The notes beneath the pieces are model-generated. The model did no database searches. It had not been told where the DNA came from and saw only the letters and a list, made by a program, of their open reading frames with translations. A program made the translations under genes and the position numbers. Below, piece by piece: positions 1 through 11,668 of a DNA stretch of 64,000 bases. The stretch's first letter is position 1. The number at the start of each line of letters is the position of its first letter. The stretch lies in the IMG/VR virus record IMGVR_UViG_3300035698_035310, positions 186,001-250,000 of that record, one strand, 5' to 3'.

Positions 1-109
1 TAAATTCAACTCCCATCCATACGATGATTCTTTTGCCCACAATCTCATCACCACGCTATAACAATTGGATATCTTTCTATCATCCGGCATGATTTGGTCT
101 GGAATGGTG

Positions 110-364
110 TCAGTTATCTTCATCATCCACCACGCCGTGCCATCTTAATTTATAACCCATTGAATCTATTTCATCATTAATTTGTATATCTACTGTATTA
201 CTTGTTCTGTTAATGGTATGTGAAAAATCTATTTTATTATCAAATAACCAAAACAGTCTTTCGCGCTCACCTTCTGTTAATACTGCGCCCGTTCTTTCAT
301 GTAGCGTCGATTCTATTATATCTATATTATCACAAGATGATAGTTTTTTGCCCATATGAAACAT
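110..364 (-). CDS. small hypothetical protein with (F/Y)KLxW C-terminal motif
   Basis: Ends ...SMGYKLRWH; a similar tail occurs in 2407, 5628, 7843, 12187 and 54011. Confidence 0.55.
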   Translation of the reverse strand: MFHMGKKLSSCDNIDIIESTLHERTGAVLTEGERERLFWLFDNKIDFSHTINRTSNTVDIQINDEIDSMGYKLRWHGVVDDEDN

Positions 365-785
365 CCTTATGTGTTGATTTAAAATCTAATATCGTTTTTT
401 GTGTAATACCATACTCTTTTATAACTATACCAATCGAATTTTTACTTGCGGTTAACACCGACCAATCTCTATCTGTATATGTATATGACGTATCCACATA
501 AAAAAAATCTAACCACCCTTTCTCAACTGGATTGTTACGACAATCAAAAAATTTATAGTTCATATTTTTATATTCTGTATTGTTTTATGATCTAGATTCA
601 TTATTACAGCTAGCTCGTTTTGCGATAGAGTGTATTTTTCTACATATTTTTCAAGTAGCAAATCGCTCATTGGGTACGTGCTCATTTTTGGAAAAACCCG
701 TCTGTGGTACTCACTAAACAATTCACTAGTAGGTTTAATCTTACCTAACACCGTGCCACCTGGAAGTTTCGTCACTGTTGATCCT

Positions 786-1148
786 CTACTCATCGACCAC
801 CCCTATAGATACATACTTCTCATCCATATTAACTATATCTACCACAGTTAATTGATTCTCCATAACTAAAGCCTCTATCGTGGAATATGTCATATCAAGT
901 GCGCCACCATCAGCAGTGCGACAATATAAACAATACAATCCACCAGCAATATAAACACAGACATGACCAGTAATAATATCTTCATCCTTACGAAGCGTTT
1001 CAACCGCATCACGTAATCCAGGTTCAGCATCAATAAACTTAGCACCATAATCGCCCATCAAACGATTATATTGTTCATCAGTCAATGAATGTATCTCCGC
1101 CGCCAATAACTCTAATAATTCTTTCTCGCCATTTTTATGTTCAGTCAT
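786..1148 (-). CDS. hypothetical protein (start re-assigned to MTEHKNG)
   Basis: ATG overlaps the upstream stop (ATGA) inside GGCACAGTTATGA; ends in TAG. Confidence 0.6.
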   Translation of the reverse strand: MTEHKNGEKELLELLAAEIHSLTDEQYNRLMGDYGAKFIDAEPGLRDAVETLRKDEDIITGHVCVYIAGGLYCLYCRTADGGALDMTYSTIEALVMENQLTVVDIVNMDEKYVSIGVVDE

Positions 1149-1324
1149 AACTGTGCCACACTTATATAATCCTTTAACCAATTCTCTGAATGAAATATAT
1201 ACATCAACCATGATTGAGTGCGTTTATTCTGTATTATATCTTGTATATATATCGCACCCACTTCTTCACGTGCAGCCATTATCGCACCTTCCGGTATATA
1301 CGGGCAATAATGACCAACTGTCAT
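1145..1324 (-). CDS. small paralog of the ...YISVAQL family
   Basis: Tandem duplicate of 1321-1530 (REEV-A-Y--DII-N-R---WL); ATGA overlaps. Confidence 0.6.
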   Translation of the reverse strand: MTVGHYCPYIPEGAIMAAREEVGAIYIQDIIQNKRTQSWLMYIFHSENWLKDYISVAQL

Positions 1325-1530
1325 AACTGTGCCACACTTATATAATAACCCATCAGCCATCTCTCAGAATAAAGCAAGTCCACCAACCATTCACAATCAC
1401 GTTCATTATGTATTATATCATATGTATATCTCGCACACACTTCTTCGCGTGTTCCAGTTACACCATTAGGTCGATACCCTTCATAGTTTTCATATTTAAT
1501 GGTTATAGTTACCATCATAGAATCTGTCAT
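1321..1530 (-). CDS. small paralog of the ...YISVAQL family
   Basis: ATG overlaps the TAA of 1530-2027; paralog of 1145-1324. Confidence 0.6.
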   Translation of the reverse strand: MTDSMMVTITIKYENYEGYRPNGVTGTREEVCARYTYDIIHNERDCEWLVDLLYSERWLMGYYISVAQL

Positions 1531-2027
1531 TATGGTATAACAACCCCCGCAACAGGTGCAACACCAACTATTTCGCATTCTACTTCATACACTATACCAT
1601 CTCTAGTCAACGGGCACATATAAGAAAATTCATCTTTATAACCATTCCATCCAGCAAAACCAAGTGCAACGATAGTAAGCAAACCAATCAACATATGCGC
1701 AATAGAGATAAACCATCCATTGTTTTTATAATAAGATTTCAATGTCGAAAGTTCGGTATTTGGTTTATAACTATTGTAGCCATCGTTGGTTATAAAATAA
1801 TCACCTTTGTTATCTATCTTGAGATCATCTTCAAGTAACATGATGCGAAGCGAACGCTGATAATCAAACAACGATATAGATTCTTTGCTGCCATCTACAT
1901 ATTGATGTGAATCATCAAATATAATACGAAATGAACCATCATCATGATTGGCGTATGATGTTGTGCTATAGACAGAACACAATAAAACCAACACAGCAAT
2001 CAACATCGTATGAATAATTTTCATCAA
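1530..2027 (-). CDS. exported/membrane hypothetical protein
   Basis: N-terminal signal-like hydrophobic stretch and an internal TM segment; GGAG RBS. Confidence 0.65.
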   Translation of the reverse strand: MMKIIHTMLIAVLVLLCSVYSTTSYANHDDGSFRIIFDDSHQYVDGSKESISLFDYQRSLRIMLLEDDLKIDNKGDYFITNDGYNSYKPNTELSTLKSYYKNNGWFISIAHMLIGLLTIVALGFAGWNGYKDEFSYMCPLTRDGIVYEVECEIVGVAPVAGVVIP

Positions 2028-2089
2028 TTTTCTCCATTCATATTAATAATGATTTATTATACCTCTGAACTACTGTTATGTCAAGATAA

Positions 2090-2416
2090 TTATAGATGCA
2101 TAATCCTATATAGTAACACATCGTTGCCTGTTTCACGACACCAATCATCTATATGCATAGAGAATCCATTTAAATGCCAATAACATTTTTGTATTTTACC
2201 ATCATATTGATGTGTTATGACTGCTGGCCCATCTACGCGATGTCTTTCACCATTGATCCACCATGCCATTATATCAAGTTCACCATTTTGAAACCACGAT
2301 GTAAATGCGGGGCCATTTTCACGATGCAATACTGATCGATGTTTATTATCATTAATCCACGATTCTGAATATAATACATCATACTCATGATATTCAAGAA
2401 CGGGGTTCATTTCCAC
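2090..2416 (-). CDS. HRxxGPA-repeat (MORN-like) protein
   Basis: LHRENGPA and RHRVDGPA repeats; tail WCRETGNDVLLYRIM. Confidence 0.75.
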   Translation of the reverse strand: MEMNPVLEYHEYDVLYSESWINDNKHRSVLHRENGPAFTSWFQNGELDIMAWWINGERHRVDGPAVITHQYDGKIQKCYWHLNGFSMHIDDWCRETGNDVLLYRIMHL

Positions 2417-2622
2417 GCCAATTTAAACGCCATAGCGTCTTCCACATATTGGAACCAAAGTGATGTTGCAACTTTTCCGTTTTTACAACTACCCATTTCA
2501 TCTATTCCCCATTTTACATTATACTTGCCTAAATTTTCAGACAACCATTTGGATATATCATCTGAGTAATTTGGTTCGGTTATCCAGTTTTTATCTAACC
2601 ATATTATGGTTTTATCTTTCAT
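2407..2622 (-). CDS. small protein with FKLxW tail
   Basis: ...FQYVEDAMAFKLAWK. Confidence 0.6.
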   Translation of the reverse strand: MKDKTIIWLDKNWITEPNYSDDISKWLSENLGKYNVKWGIDEMGSCKNGKVATSLWFQYVEDAMAFKLAWK

Positions 2623-2944
2623 TTATATTCACGCGTGATCCACTTATACAAATCACATCCCCATTTTTGACGGTTGGTTGATCCAACGTTATTTCACCTT
2701 TATCTGTTAACACGGTTGTAGTGCGATACTTTACTGACACTATATCCAATACGGTGGCTTCGGTGTTACATACCCATTCTGACGTTGTTACATCGGTATA
2801 TAAGGCATATGCGAAAAACGACACTATACATGCCGCCATAATCAATCCACCTTTTTCGCATATAAATTCTAATATTGATAACATATCATATTCCACCTTT
2901 TAATATGATACCCCCAACACAATACGCATTGGGGGATCATAGGT

Positions 2945-4678
2945 TTACTTCGCTAACAGTTTACGTTTTTCTTCTGGCGTCAGGGCTTTGAGTTTATCTT
3001 CAACCGCAGCATCCAAAAGTTTATTATCTTCTGCATCGCGAACCTGTTCGTTATCCGTCTCAACAATTCCTTCGATTTCACCTGTGCGGAGATCGATGGC
3101 GGTGTTATCAAACGATTTAACATCAACAACCGACATTCCACCATCAGCATATTCGATGGCTACAACATCACCCGTCGTAGTGATAGCAAGTTCTACATTA
3201 TCACCAGCGGCGGCGCGGAATACACGGTCAACAGCAGAGTCAATCATAACAAAGTAGGTTTGATTTCCGCTAACTACTTCTGTTCCGATACGTGTTACTG
3301 TGCCCTTAACTGTCTTAATGTCAACCGCACCGGAAACACCAGAACTCATACCACTGTTGCGATGCGCAGATTGATACGCACGCATAGCTTGTCGAACATT
3401 TTTACCAATGCCGAAAACCGCACGATTGGTTCCAGATACAAATCCATATTGTTTGATATTACCATCACCATCTTTGATCGTAGCAGCATACGTAGGCTTA
3501 CCGCCAATATTTACCATGATAGGAAAAGTTGCGGTGTATCCACCAAAGTTAGATACCGCGCCATTAAGAACTTTTTGAGCAGCATCTTCGGTGGGTCCAG
3601 TTACGCGATACATGCGTGCTTCTTTCGTGCGTGTGTCAACCAACACAAATCCAACGGTTCCAGCATCATTGCCAACAGATGTCATACCTGTATACCAACG
3701 CGAACTTCCATCTTTGGTATATACGAGGCTGGTTCCAGTGGTAGTTTTAGTTATGCCATCTTTAGCACCTAAGAATATTTGATTCCACCAACCGTTTTTA
3801 AGTTGACCCCATGCGTCCAATTGATTCGCGATGAAAGTTTCAGGTTGAATGCGATCAATCCATGATGGCGCTGATGCAATGTCATATTCTTTTAATTCAC
3901 CAGTAGTTGGGTTAACAACAACAACGCCATATGCATCATTACCTTTCCAACCTACCGCTTTATCGTATAATGTGACTACCCACCACGGTTCGTTATTATC
4001 ATCCAATTCTAATGTATAATCAGTGATACCGGTTGATGCATAACCACTCAGCCATAGATGACGCTGAACGCCATATGAAAAATACGAATCTTTTGTATAA
4101 TGTAAATTTTTATTCAAATGCATTTCCGCATCGCGATAATTTGTTGCACTTACTACAACATATCCGGGTGTGCCTTCCATTTTGACCCACTTAAATAAAC
4201 CAGAAGGCTCCAATGCTGCAACCCATACCAATTTGCCATTTACACTTTGAATAGACATTGTTCCAATTTTAACCTTAGAACCCAATCCCGCATCTTGCCC
4301 CATTAATTCTTCGGCGCGTTTAACCGCTAGTGCTTGATCAACAACTCGCAATTGCGATAAATCAATAGTTTCTACATCGGTGCGAAAATTGCTTTCTTCA
4401 ACCGATCCAATAAGATTTTTATGACCATCTGTGCTTACCATCCAACTAGAGCCGATGTTAACAGTTATCAGAAATATAAATGATGCTAATAATGTGCCAT
4501 ATCCGAGAAACGATATTCTTGCCGCTCCTATTTTAGTGGCGTATAATCCAATACCTATACCATTTATCATCAACAGCACTAACGCGCTGCTGAACCCCCA
4601 TGCAAATACTGGCATAGCTAAATACCCAAAAATAAAATTAAGTAAAATAAGCCATATGGCAAAAACACCGTTCTTCAT
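2945..4678 (-). CDS. large membrane-anchored protein of unknown function (about 3 N-terminal TM helices plus a beta-rich soluble domain)
   Basis: 577-aa ORF with GGAG RBS and upstream TTGACA promoter; resembles a widespread bacterial/phage uncharacterised family (WVAALE, WIDRIQP motifs). Confidence 0.75.
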   Translation of the reverse strand: MKNGVFAIWLILLNFIFGYLAMPVFAWGFSSALVLLMINGIGIGLYATKIGAARISFLGYGTLLASFIFLITVNIGSSWMVSTDGHKNLIGSVEESNFRTDVETIDLSQLRVVDQALAVKRAEELMGQDAGLGSKVKIGTMSIQSVNGKLVWVAALEPSGLFKWVKMEGTPGYVVVSATNYRDAEMHLNKNLHYTKDSYFSYGVQRHLWLSGYASTGITDYTLELDDNNEPWWVVTLYDKAVGWKGNDAYGVVVVNPTTGELKEYDIASAPSWIDRIQPETFIANQLDAWGQLKNGWWNQIFLGAKDGITKTTTGTSLVYTKDGSSRWYTGMTSVGNDAGTVGFVLVDTRTKEARMYRVTGPTEDAAQKVLNGAVSNFGGYTATFPIMVNIGGKPTYAATIKDGDGNIKQYGFVSGTNRAVFGIGKNVRQAMRAYQSAHRNSGMSSGVSGAVDIKTVKGTVTRIGTEVVSGNQTYFVMIDSAVDRVFRAAAGDNVELAITTTGDVVAIEYADGGMSVVDVKSFDNTAIDLRTGEIEGIVETDNEQVRDAEDNKLLDAAVEDKLKALTPEEKRKLLAK

Positions 4679-4740
4679 AATCAATCTCCTTTAAATTTAT
4701 GTATAATTCAATATATCATTATATGGTAGATGTGTCAAGA

Positions 4741-5133
4741 TCAATCCCAACGCCCCCGTTTCTCCCAATACTTCTTCCACTTATTGAAACTGCCACCACC
4801 TTTGGGATTCATATCAAGACGATACACTGCCAACTTTGTTCGATCCCGCAATCGACGTTCGACTTGCTGTAGATATAACGTCCACGGATCAGGTTTATAT
4901 ATTTTCTTGGAGCCTTTTTTACTATTGCATGTATCACAAGCAACAACAATATTAGTAACCGAATGAATCCGATTGATTTTACTTAATGGAATAACATGAT
5001 CAGCAGTTGCCGATTTACGTGTTAACTTACAACCACAATAGTAACACTTATTGGTTTGATCTTCTAAAATATTATCGCGGTCAATGGTATAAAATATTCT
5101 ATCCATTTTCGATTGAAACTTGATTTTGCTCAT
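4741..5133 (-). CDS. HNH endonuclease
   Basis: CYYCG...TADHVIPLS...NIVVACDTCNSKKG. Confidence 0.9.
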   Translation of the reverse strand: MSKIKFQSKMDRIFYTIDRDNILEDQTNKCYYCGCKLTRKSATADHVIPLSKINRIHSVTNIVVACDTCNSKKGSKKIYKPDPWTLYLQQVERRLRDRTKLAVYRLDMNPKGGGSFNKWKKYWEKRGRWD

Positions 5134-5134
5134 A

Positions 5135-5608
5135 TTATTTTATTTTAATACACCATCGTCTTTTATGTTTTAAATCATACGCCGTAACAAGATAATGCTT
5201 AGATGTCACGACGTGATGATTGTATTGTATTTGTGCACATGATCCTTGTTTTTTATTAGAGAATGTAGCTAACTCCATCGCGATTTCATTTTCTTTAGAT
5301 ATGCTGGCGGCTTCAGAATGATATAATTCAAAATCATCAAGGTATATTTCACCATTAATCGTATAACTAACACCCACAACTATTGTGTCACTGCGAATGT
5401 TTCCACTAGAACTAGATAATAACCCACCAATCCATTTTCCATCCAATATATTATCATCAACGGATATCACCGTAACCATTAATGGTGATAATACAACTGT
5501 TACGGGAGGATGATTTCTATTATACGATTGAACGGCTATATATATAATTGCCAATATCACAATCGCCCAAATAATGTTAAATTTATAAGTACTCAAAAAT
5601 TTGTTCAT
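5135..5608 (-). CDS. membrane-anchored hypothetical protein
   Basis: N-terminal TM helix; GGAG RBS. Confidence 0.6.
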   Translation of the reverse strand: MNKFLSTYKFNIIWAIVILAIIYIAVQSYNRNHPPVTVVLSPLMVTVISVDDNILDGKWIGGLLSSSSGNIRSDTIVVGVSYTINGEIYLDDFELYHSEAASISKENEIAMELATFSNKKQGSCAQIQYNHHVVTSKHYLVTAYDLKHKRRWCIKIK

Positions 5609-6168
5609 TTTTTTCTCCTATATCGTTTTATATCCATCGTAGCATTATAGCCATGCCATCCTCTTCTGACGTTGTATACGCAACATTACCACGATTTGTT
5701 AGTTTTTTAGGGGTAACATTATTCAACGAACGTTTAGATTTATCGGTCAGTGTTCCATTATTACGCATTTCACGTATCTTGTCAACTGTTATAAATCCTT
5801 CATATAATACAACAATGCCAGAACGTTTCATTACAACTGCATATATTTTATTTTCAAAACACCAATCTTCAATTTCAACCAAGTCTATGTCTTCACCGTT
5901 GGGTAATGTTATTTCATATAAATCATGATGTATAAACTTTATCGCACTCAATAATGGTTCTTGAAATATATCTGGAATTTTCTGCATAGTTATCCTTTTA
6001 TTTTTTTTATCGTCACATTTGTGCTAATTAATAAATCTTTTTGGTAGATATCAAACTCGTAAAATATTTCTGCCATATCATAACACACCACAACAATATA
6101 TGTCAAGATGCTTGACACATGTAAATATAGATGATACAGTTTTAATATAACCAATAAAGGAGAATATT

Positions 6169-6435
6169 ATGACTGAAAAAACAATTGCAACACCGACACT
6201 AACGATTTCAAACTGCATCGATTGCCCGAATCATGAAGTCATCAATGATCGTGACCCATCTGATTGGTTCTGTGATGATGACGTTGCCGTTGTGTGCACC
6301 AAAACCCGCAACCCTACACAAAACACACAATCAAAGCATGCATCAGACCATAGCCCTTACAGAGCAATCACAGTGGCATGCCGTCCATATCAAAAACGTA
6401 AAGAAAGTGAAATCCCTGATTGGTGTCCACTATAA
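6169..6435 (+). CDS. Cys-rich small protein, lone plus-strand gene with its own promoter
   Basis: CIDC...C...C...C...IPDWCPL; GGAG RBS; TTGACA at about 6113. Confidence 0.7.
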   Translation: MTEKTIATPTLTISNCIDCPNHEVINDRDPSDWFCDDDVAVVCTKTRNPTQNTQSKHASDHSPYRAITVACRPYQKRKESEIPDWCPL

Positions 6436-6743
6436 TCAATCGTTTTTAAATCGGGTTTCGTATATTATAAATTGCGGTACACACATTTCGACATTTATGG
6501 TAATCATGGTGTGTTCACCATTTTTGCTTTCATACTCGCCCACATAAACAGAATGCACAGTGGCTTTCCAATCATCCTCATCATAGAACATATTAATCCC
6601 AGCGTCGGTATCTTTATAACCCCAACACAGTGATGGTCTATATACAAGATTGCCTTCTCTTGGATCAGCACCAAACTCTGCAAATATAATAGCGTGTGCA
6701 TTTTCATATAACTCAAACGCCATACCCATAGATATTTCTACCA

Positions 6744-7016
6744 TTAATTAACTCCTTTATAAATGCTGCATGGAATAATTTTAGAGTCCGTGCCTAACTT
6801 AACAGCCATAACACCCGACTTCCAACCTATCCAACGAGTGACATATGATACACCGTCAATACATACCGTGTCAAATACAGGTTTAGGTGCCGCTGGCTCC
6901 TCATTAGAGTGTTCAGAGCTAACCGGATCGGCGCATGCCGTTAACGCTAATATAGCAATCATCGGTAAATAAAAAACAAATCGTGGAATATTATCAAACT
7001 TCATGTTATTCTCCAT
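6744..7016 (-). CDS. putative lipoprotein
   Basis: Hydrophobic signal ending LALTA-C; paired Cys (VCIDG...IIPC). Confidence 0.6.
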   Translation of the reverse strand: MENNMKFDNIPRFVFYLPMIAILALTACADPVSSEHSNEEPAAPKPVFDTVCIDGVSYVTRWIGWKSGVMAVKLGTDSKIIPCSIYKGVN

Positions 7017-7030
7017 TAATAATTTATACC

Positions 7031-7828
7031 TTAACCAAGTGTGCCAAATACAGCAAGTATGCCCAATGCATTTGGATTAAACGCAAGAGTTGCCACCAAA
7101 CCAATGGCTAATAGAAATGCTGCCAAGTATCCCATAAGAACACCAGTAAGTTTAAGCCAACTGATATTAACTACGATAGCATCTTTCTTTACGGAAATAG
7201 ATTCAATTGCCATAGATATAATCGTTTGTCCTTTTAAAGCATACACTGGTGATTTTTCCAAGTAACTACGAACCAATGTTGACATGCCTTTATCGACCAG
7301 AGACTTATTGATTTTTAAAAACTTATCTTTTAAATCTGATTCTATTCTGACTGTGGTTGGTTTGTAATAAAACTTGCTTGCGCGATACATTACAGTTCCA
7401 GTTGTATAAGATGTCACATGGCTGGTTTCAGTGGAAAGATTTGCACACCCTTTGCTTAGTTTAGAGGCGACATTTTGTAATTTATCCATCCAACCTTTCT
7501 TTTCGGTGCTTGGCTCAATCTTCAAGCACTTACCAGTTTTGTTGATGTTGGCATTAAGGTCAACTGATAGAAGACCGACATTAGCTGCTGAATTATCCGA
7601 TTCAATTATCTCACCAATTTTAGTGCCGACAACAACTTTATCTACATCAATCGTGTAGATGGATAATTGTTTGGTGATTGGTAATTTCTTTTGAATTTCT
7701 GCATTCAGTGTGGCAACTGGTATATTGATGTTATCCAAATCAAACTGACTGAACACAGTCGCAACTGCACATATGAGTAGAAATACTATCCCTGCACCTG
7801 ATAATAAATATCGTTTAGTTTTTGTCAT
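7031..7828 (-). CDS. DUF1439/YceB-like membrane protein
   Basis: N-terminal TM, LNAEIQKKLPITK and YLEKSPVYAL segments resemble DUF1439; extra C-terminal TM. Confidence 0.45.
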   Translation of the reverse strand: MTKTKRYLLSGAGIVFLLICAVATVFSQFDLDNINIPVATLNAEIQKKLPITKQLSIYTIDVDKVVVGTKIGEIIESDNSAANVGLLSVDLNANINKTGKCLKIEPSTEKKGWMDKLQNVASKLSKGCANLSTETSHVTSYTTGTVMYRASKFYYKPTTVRIESDLKDKFLKINKSLVDKGMSTLVRSYLEKSPVYALKGQTIISMAIESISVKKDAIVVNISWLKLTGVLMGYLAAFLLAIGLVATLAFNPNALGILAVFGTLG

Positions 7829-8480
7829 GTTGTTTCCTTTTGTTATTCCCACCTTAATTTAAACGCCATCATGTTAGTTTCACCCTTTATGTATAACACC
7901 GAATAGTCGTCGCTATCTCTCACAAACCATTCACCATTAACTAAATTCTCGCGGCACCATGCTGCGTAATCTAAAATATAATTATTGCCATCATCTACAT
8001 GAATGCGATACATGGTGTTATTATGACGATGTATGTCTAACATCTATAACCTCTATATGTATATCACTATCTTTGGCATGGTCGATTAATAAATTTATAT
8101 CTAAAAACCATTCATTGTTGGCTGATATATTGGTTATCAACGTTAAATATATTTCCAGTTCAACATTAAGCCCATGTTGAGCAGGTCTGTCGACGTATTC
8201 CGTCGCCACATCAATAAGCACCTAACGTTACAAGTAGGTCTTTCGCTGACATTTGTTCAAGTTTGGCGATACGTTCACGAACCAAATATGAAGCGACAAA
8301 CTCTACTATATCATCGCCCGGAACCTCGATTCTCTCCTCACCAACAATAACTGAAATATCACCAGATAAATCTGAGTTACAAATAAAACGTGTTTCACCA
8401 TGCTCATACGTATGTGACATGCAGTATCTCCTTATATTTCAGTTATGCATATTATATAACACATATGCGTATGGTGTCAA

Positions 8481-9029
8481 TTATTTTATCATCGCTTGTG
8501 CATGATCACTGCTATTTCCACAATACAATGTCGTGGGAGAACCATATAAAGACCAGCCATCCAATAGTGCCTCATTAACTGCATTTGTTATAGCAGAAGA
8601 ACTGGTTTCTGATAACAATTTATATTTTGTAAGTTTTGGTGTTTCATCATTGTCTGATTTAATATCAACATAATCAGGCATATCATCAGATGCGATCCAG
8701 CGACCTGCATCAATGCTGTAAAAATATGTTCCACACGCAAATGATTTATTGGTGTGAATAATTTCTATTGCAGTTTCTAATTCAATGTGTATTCTATCCA
8801 TTGAGATAGTTTGCTCTTTGGTAAACTCCGTGCCGCCATGTTGATCAGTCTTACCTTCGGGTTCGATGCCCAACATTTCTCCAATATCAAAGTATATTCG
8901 ATATCCAGAGTTTCCATATGGGCGCTTGGGATCAATTTTTACTGCACCATATGAATAACTATCATCATGCATGAATACGCTGTTAGCCAATAATGTTATA
9001 TGATCTTCCGTTAATTCAAATTCTCTCAT
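8481..9029 (-). CDS. two-domain protein with C-terminal DUF1737-like domain
   Basis: YKLL...VNEALLDGWSLYGSP pattern. Confidence 0.55.
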   Translation of the reverse strand: MREFELTEDHITLLANSVFMHDDSYSYGAVKIDPKRPYGNSGYRIYFDIGEMLGIEPEGKTDQHGGTEFTKEQTISMDRIHIELETAIEIIHTNKSFACGTYFYSIDAGRWIASDDMPDYVDIKSDNDETPKLTKYKLLSETSSSAITNAVNEALLDGWSLYGSPTTLYCGNSSDHAQAMIK

Positions 9030-9300
9030 TTCATTTCATCTCCTGTTATCCCGTTGCAATTGTAAACGGCCCTTCAAATACTTCTTCGTATTCGTTACTA
9101 CTTAGACCGATATCGAACTCTTTGATAAATATTTGACCATGTTCATTGGGTTCCAAATCTAATACCATATCTCCACCTATACGAATGGCTGCTGTGAGAG
9201 CGCGTATTGCATATATGCATTCAGTTGCACTCATGTCACATAAATCTTCTTCCGATGGTATATTGTCAACTATCGTTTGTGGTTTTAATTTTAGTTTCAT

Positions 9301-9528
9301 TTAATTTGGTCCCATATCTAATGGTATAGAATTGGAATATTTAACCATTGGTTGTGTAAATGTTTTATATCTATGTCCACCTTGTGATAAATTTTCATTT
9401 GTTGCTATTGATCCATATGGTTGCCATCCGTCGAATATCTCTGCATTAACATGCTTGGTTAAAGTTGATTCAGATTCACACGATATTATTTTATATTCTG
9501 ATATTCTTTCCATTAAATTCCTCTTCAA
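9301..9528 (-). CDS. DUF1737-like protein
   Basis: YKII...VNAEIFDGWQPYGS pattern. Confidence 0.6.
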   Translation of the reverse strand: MKRNLMERISEYKIISCESESTLTKHVNAEIFDGWQPYGSIATNENLSQGGHRYKTFTQPMVKYSNSIPLDMGPN

Positions 9529-9959
9529 GTAGTTAAAAATTTTTCACGATCTACTGACAATTGATTAGATTCTTGTCTGAAATAATCAGCATATATTTGA
9601 TCTGTAAATGAAAACATGTATGCTGGTTTTCTATTAGGCATGAATGATTTACTCGTAAATCGATCATCGTTGCTAGGTTCTACATATCCCCATTGAACGG
9701 TATAATCTGCACAACTATAGTTTAATGAATCCAATAATATATCATAACATCTATCCGTGCCATGCCCAAATCTTAATACATGAACTTCATTATGTGGGCG
9801 TGATACGATAGATTCCATTTCGTCTAACGCAACTCTATTACCACCACCATTGGATTCACAACCATGATTAACACAAAATATTAAATCATGCCCATCTTTA
9901 GAGGTTTTTTCCATGTCTGATTCGCCACATATAGGGCAATTTACCCATTCTAACATCAC
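9525..9959 (-). CDS. protein with Lar-like N-terminal zinc ribbon
   Basis: NCPICGES...CVNHGC. Confidence 0.45.
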   Translation of the reverse strand: MMLEWVNCPICGESDMEKTSKDGHDLIFCVNHGCESNGGGNRVALDEMESIVSRPHNEVHVLRFGHGTDRCYDILLDSLNYSCADYTVQWGYVEPSNDDRFTSKSFMPNRKPAYMFSFTDQIYADYFRQESNQLSVDREKFLTT

Positions 9960-10141
9960 AACAATCTCCTTTTATATGCTATCGATTAAACAGTATAACA
10001 TTTATTGCGCTAATGTCAATACCCTATGTCGTTAAGTGATCGTAGTTGTGAGTTTTGGATGACGTTTTAAATCATCAACCCACTGGTCAGAACTAATAGC
10101 CCCAGTATCATCATATAATGTTCGATATAATCTAGTTTTAA

Positions 10142-11668
10142 TCATGTGTACATCGTTTTCATAAGTAATGGATCATTATCGGTATGGACGCAGTACTCTT
10201 CAAGTGAACATACATGGTTATTAAAATACCAAAACACACTTTCTACTTGACCGGTTTCATAATAATATATTTGTGCTGGACCATCATTTCTTTGATATAC
10301 GCTCGAGTCGCCGTCGCGATACCACGCTTCTCCACTGAGGTTTCCTGACATATAATGTGAACGTAATATATATGGAGTTTTAATCATATGTACATCATCT
10401 TCATAAATAATTCATCATTGTTCGTTCGATGACACCATATACGAAACGAACATGTTTCATCATCAAGATAATATGTATATTGCGTTTTTCCCGAAAGGTA
10501 ATAATTTATAATTGCTGGTCCGTCAATTCTGTGATGTTGCCCTTCTAAACACCATTGCTCTGTATCTATGTTGCCTCTTTTATCATATCGTATTATAGCA
10601 GGACCATTGTCTTTATGAATGCAATCATTATTAACCCACACACGACTAGATATATCACCGTTATGATTATAATATATAGCAGCAGGACCATCTGATCTAT
10701 GATGTATATTATTTTCATACCATCTCATGCAATATAATTTACCCGAATGATAATATTCGTTTTCTGTGCGTATTGTCATTTGAACATCATCGTCATAAGA
10801 ATGGGACAATTATCGGTTTTTCTGCACCATGTATTAAAATCATATACCGATCCTTCATAATACCACAACACATAATTAATGTTCCCATAATAAGTATAAT
10901 ATATCAAAGCAGGACCATCATCCCTATGTAATATACCAATTTCGCTACTGTATTCATCGCGCAAATGTTTTTCACCCTCATATACTGAATGTAATTTCGA
11001 AAGCATAGCTGTCTCCAATCAATTTAGATCATTATATCACATTATCAAATAGTGTCAATCAAATCATAATGATATCATCGTCATAAGCAATCGACAGTTA
11101 TTGGTTTTCTTACACCAATCATTTAAAGAAAGATACCATCCATCAAAAAACCAAGAAATATCGGTAATATTATTATTTTCATCAAAATGTATAATAGCGG
11201 GGCCATCATTTCTATGAAAATCACCAAATTTATTAAAATAACATACATGCGTCAATCTGCCGTCTTTTTTATAAAAAGATTGCACAGGATGCACGGGGTT
11301 TTGATCATAATCTAATTCTGGTGGTAATTTCATGTATACATCAATTTCATAAACAATGGACAGTTATTGGTTTCTGTACACCAGTCTTTTAAAGTATAAT
11401 TTTCTCCATTTAAATACCAATTCAATTCTTCGATGTTTCCATTTATGTCATAAAATATTTGTGCAGGACCGTCAATCCTATGCCACCCACACGATGTATA
11501 CCACAGTTCGCGCTTCACATCACCTGCCATGTAATACAGTATATTAGATGGATGACCATCATCGCGGATTAGCCACGATTTTGACCTCAAATCACCAGAT
11601 TGATAATACTCTAATTCAGGATTTGTCATATCTGAATCCATGTTATTTGAACTGATTGATTGTATCAT
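10142..11668 (-). CDS. tandem cluster of five HRxDGPA-repeat paralogs (10142-10387, 10384-10809, 10776-11006, 11064-11333, 11330-11668)
   Basis: Each has HRxDGPAxIxY repeats and the tail WCxxTxN(D/C)(P/R/E)L(L/F)MxM; mostly overlapping stop/start junctions. Confidence 0.8.
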
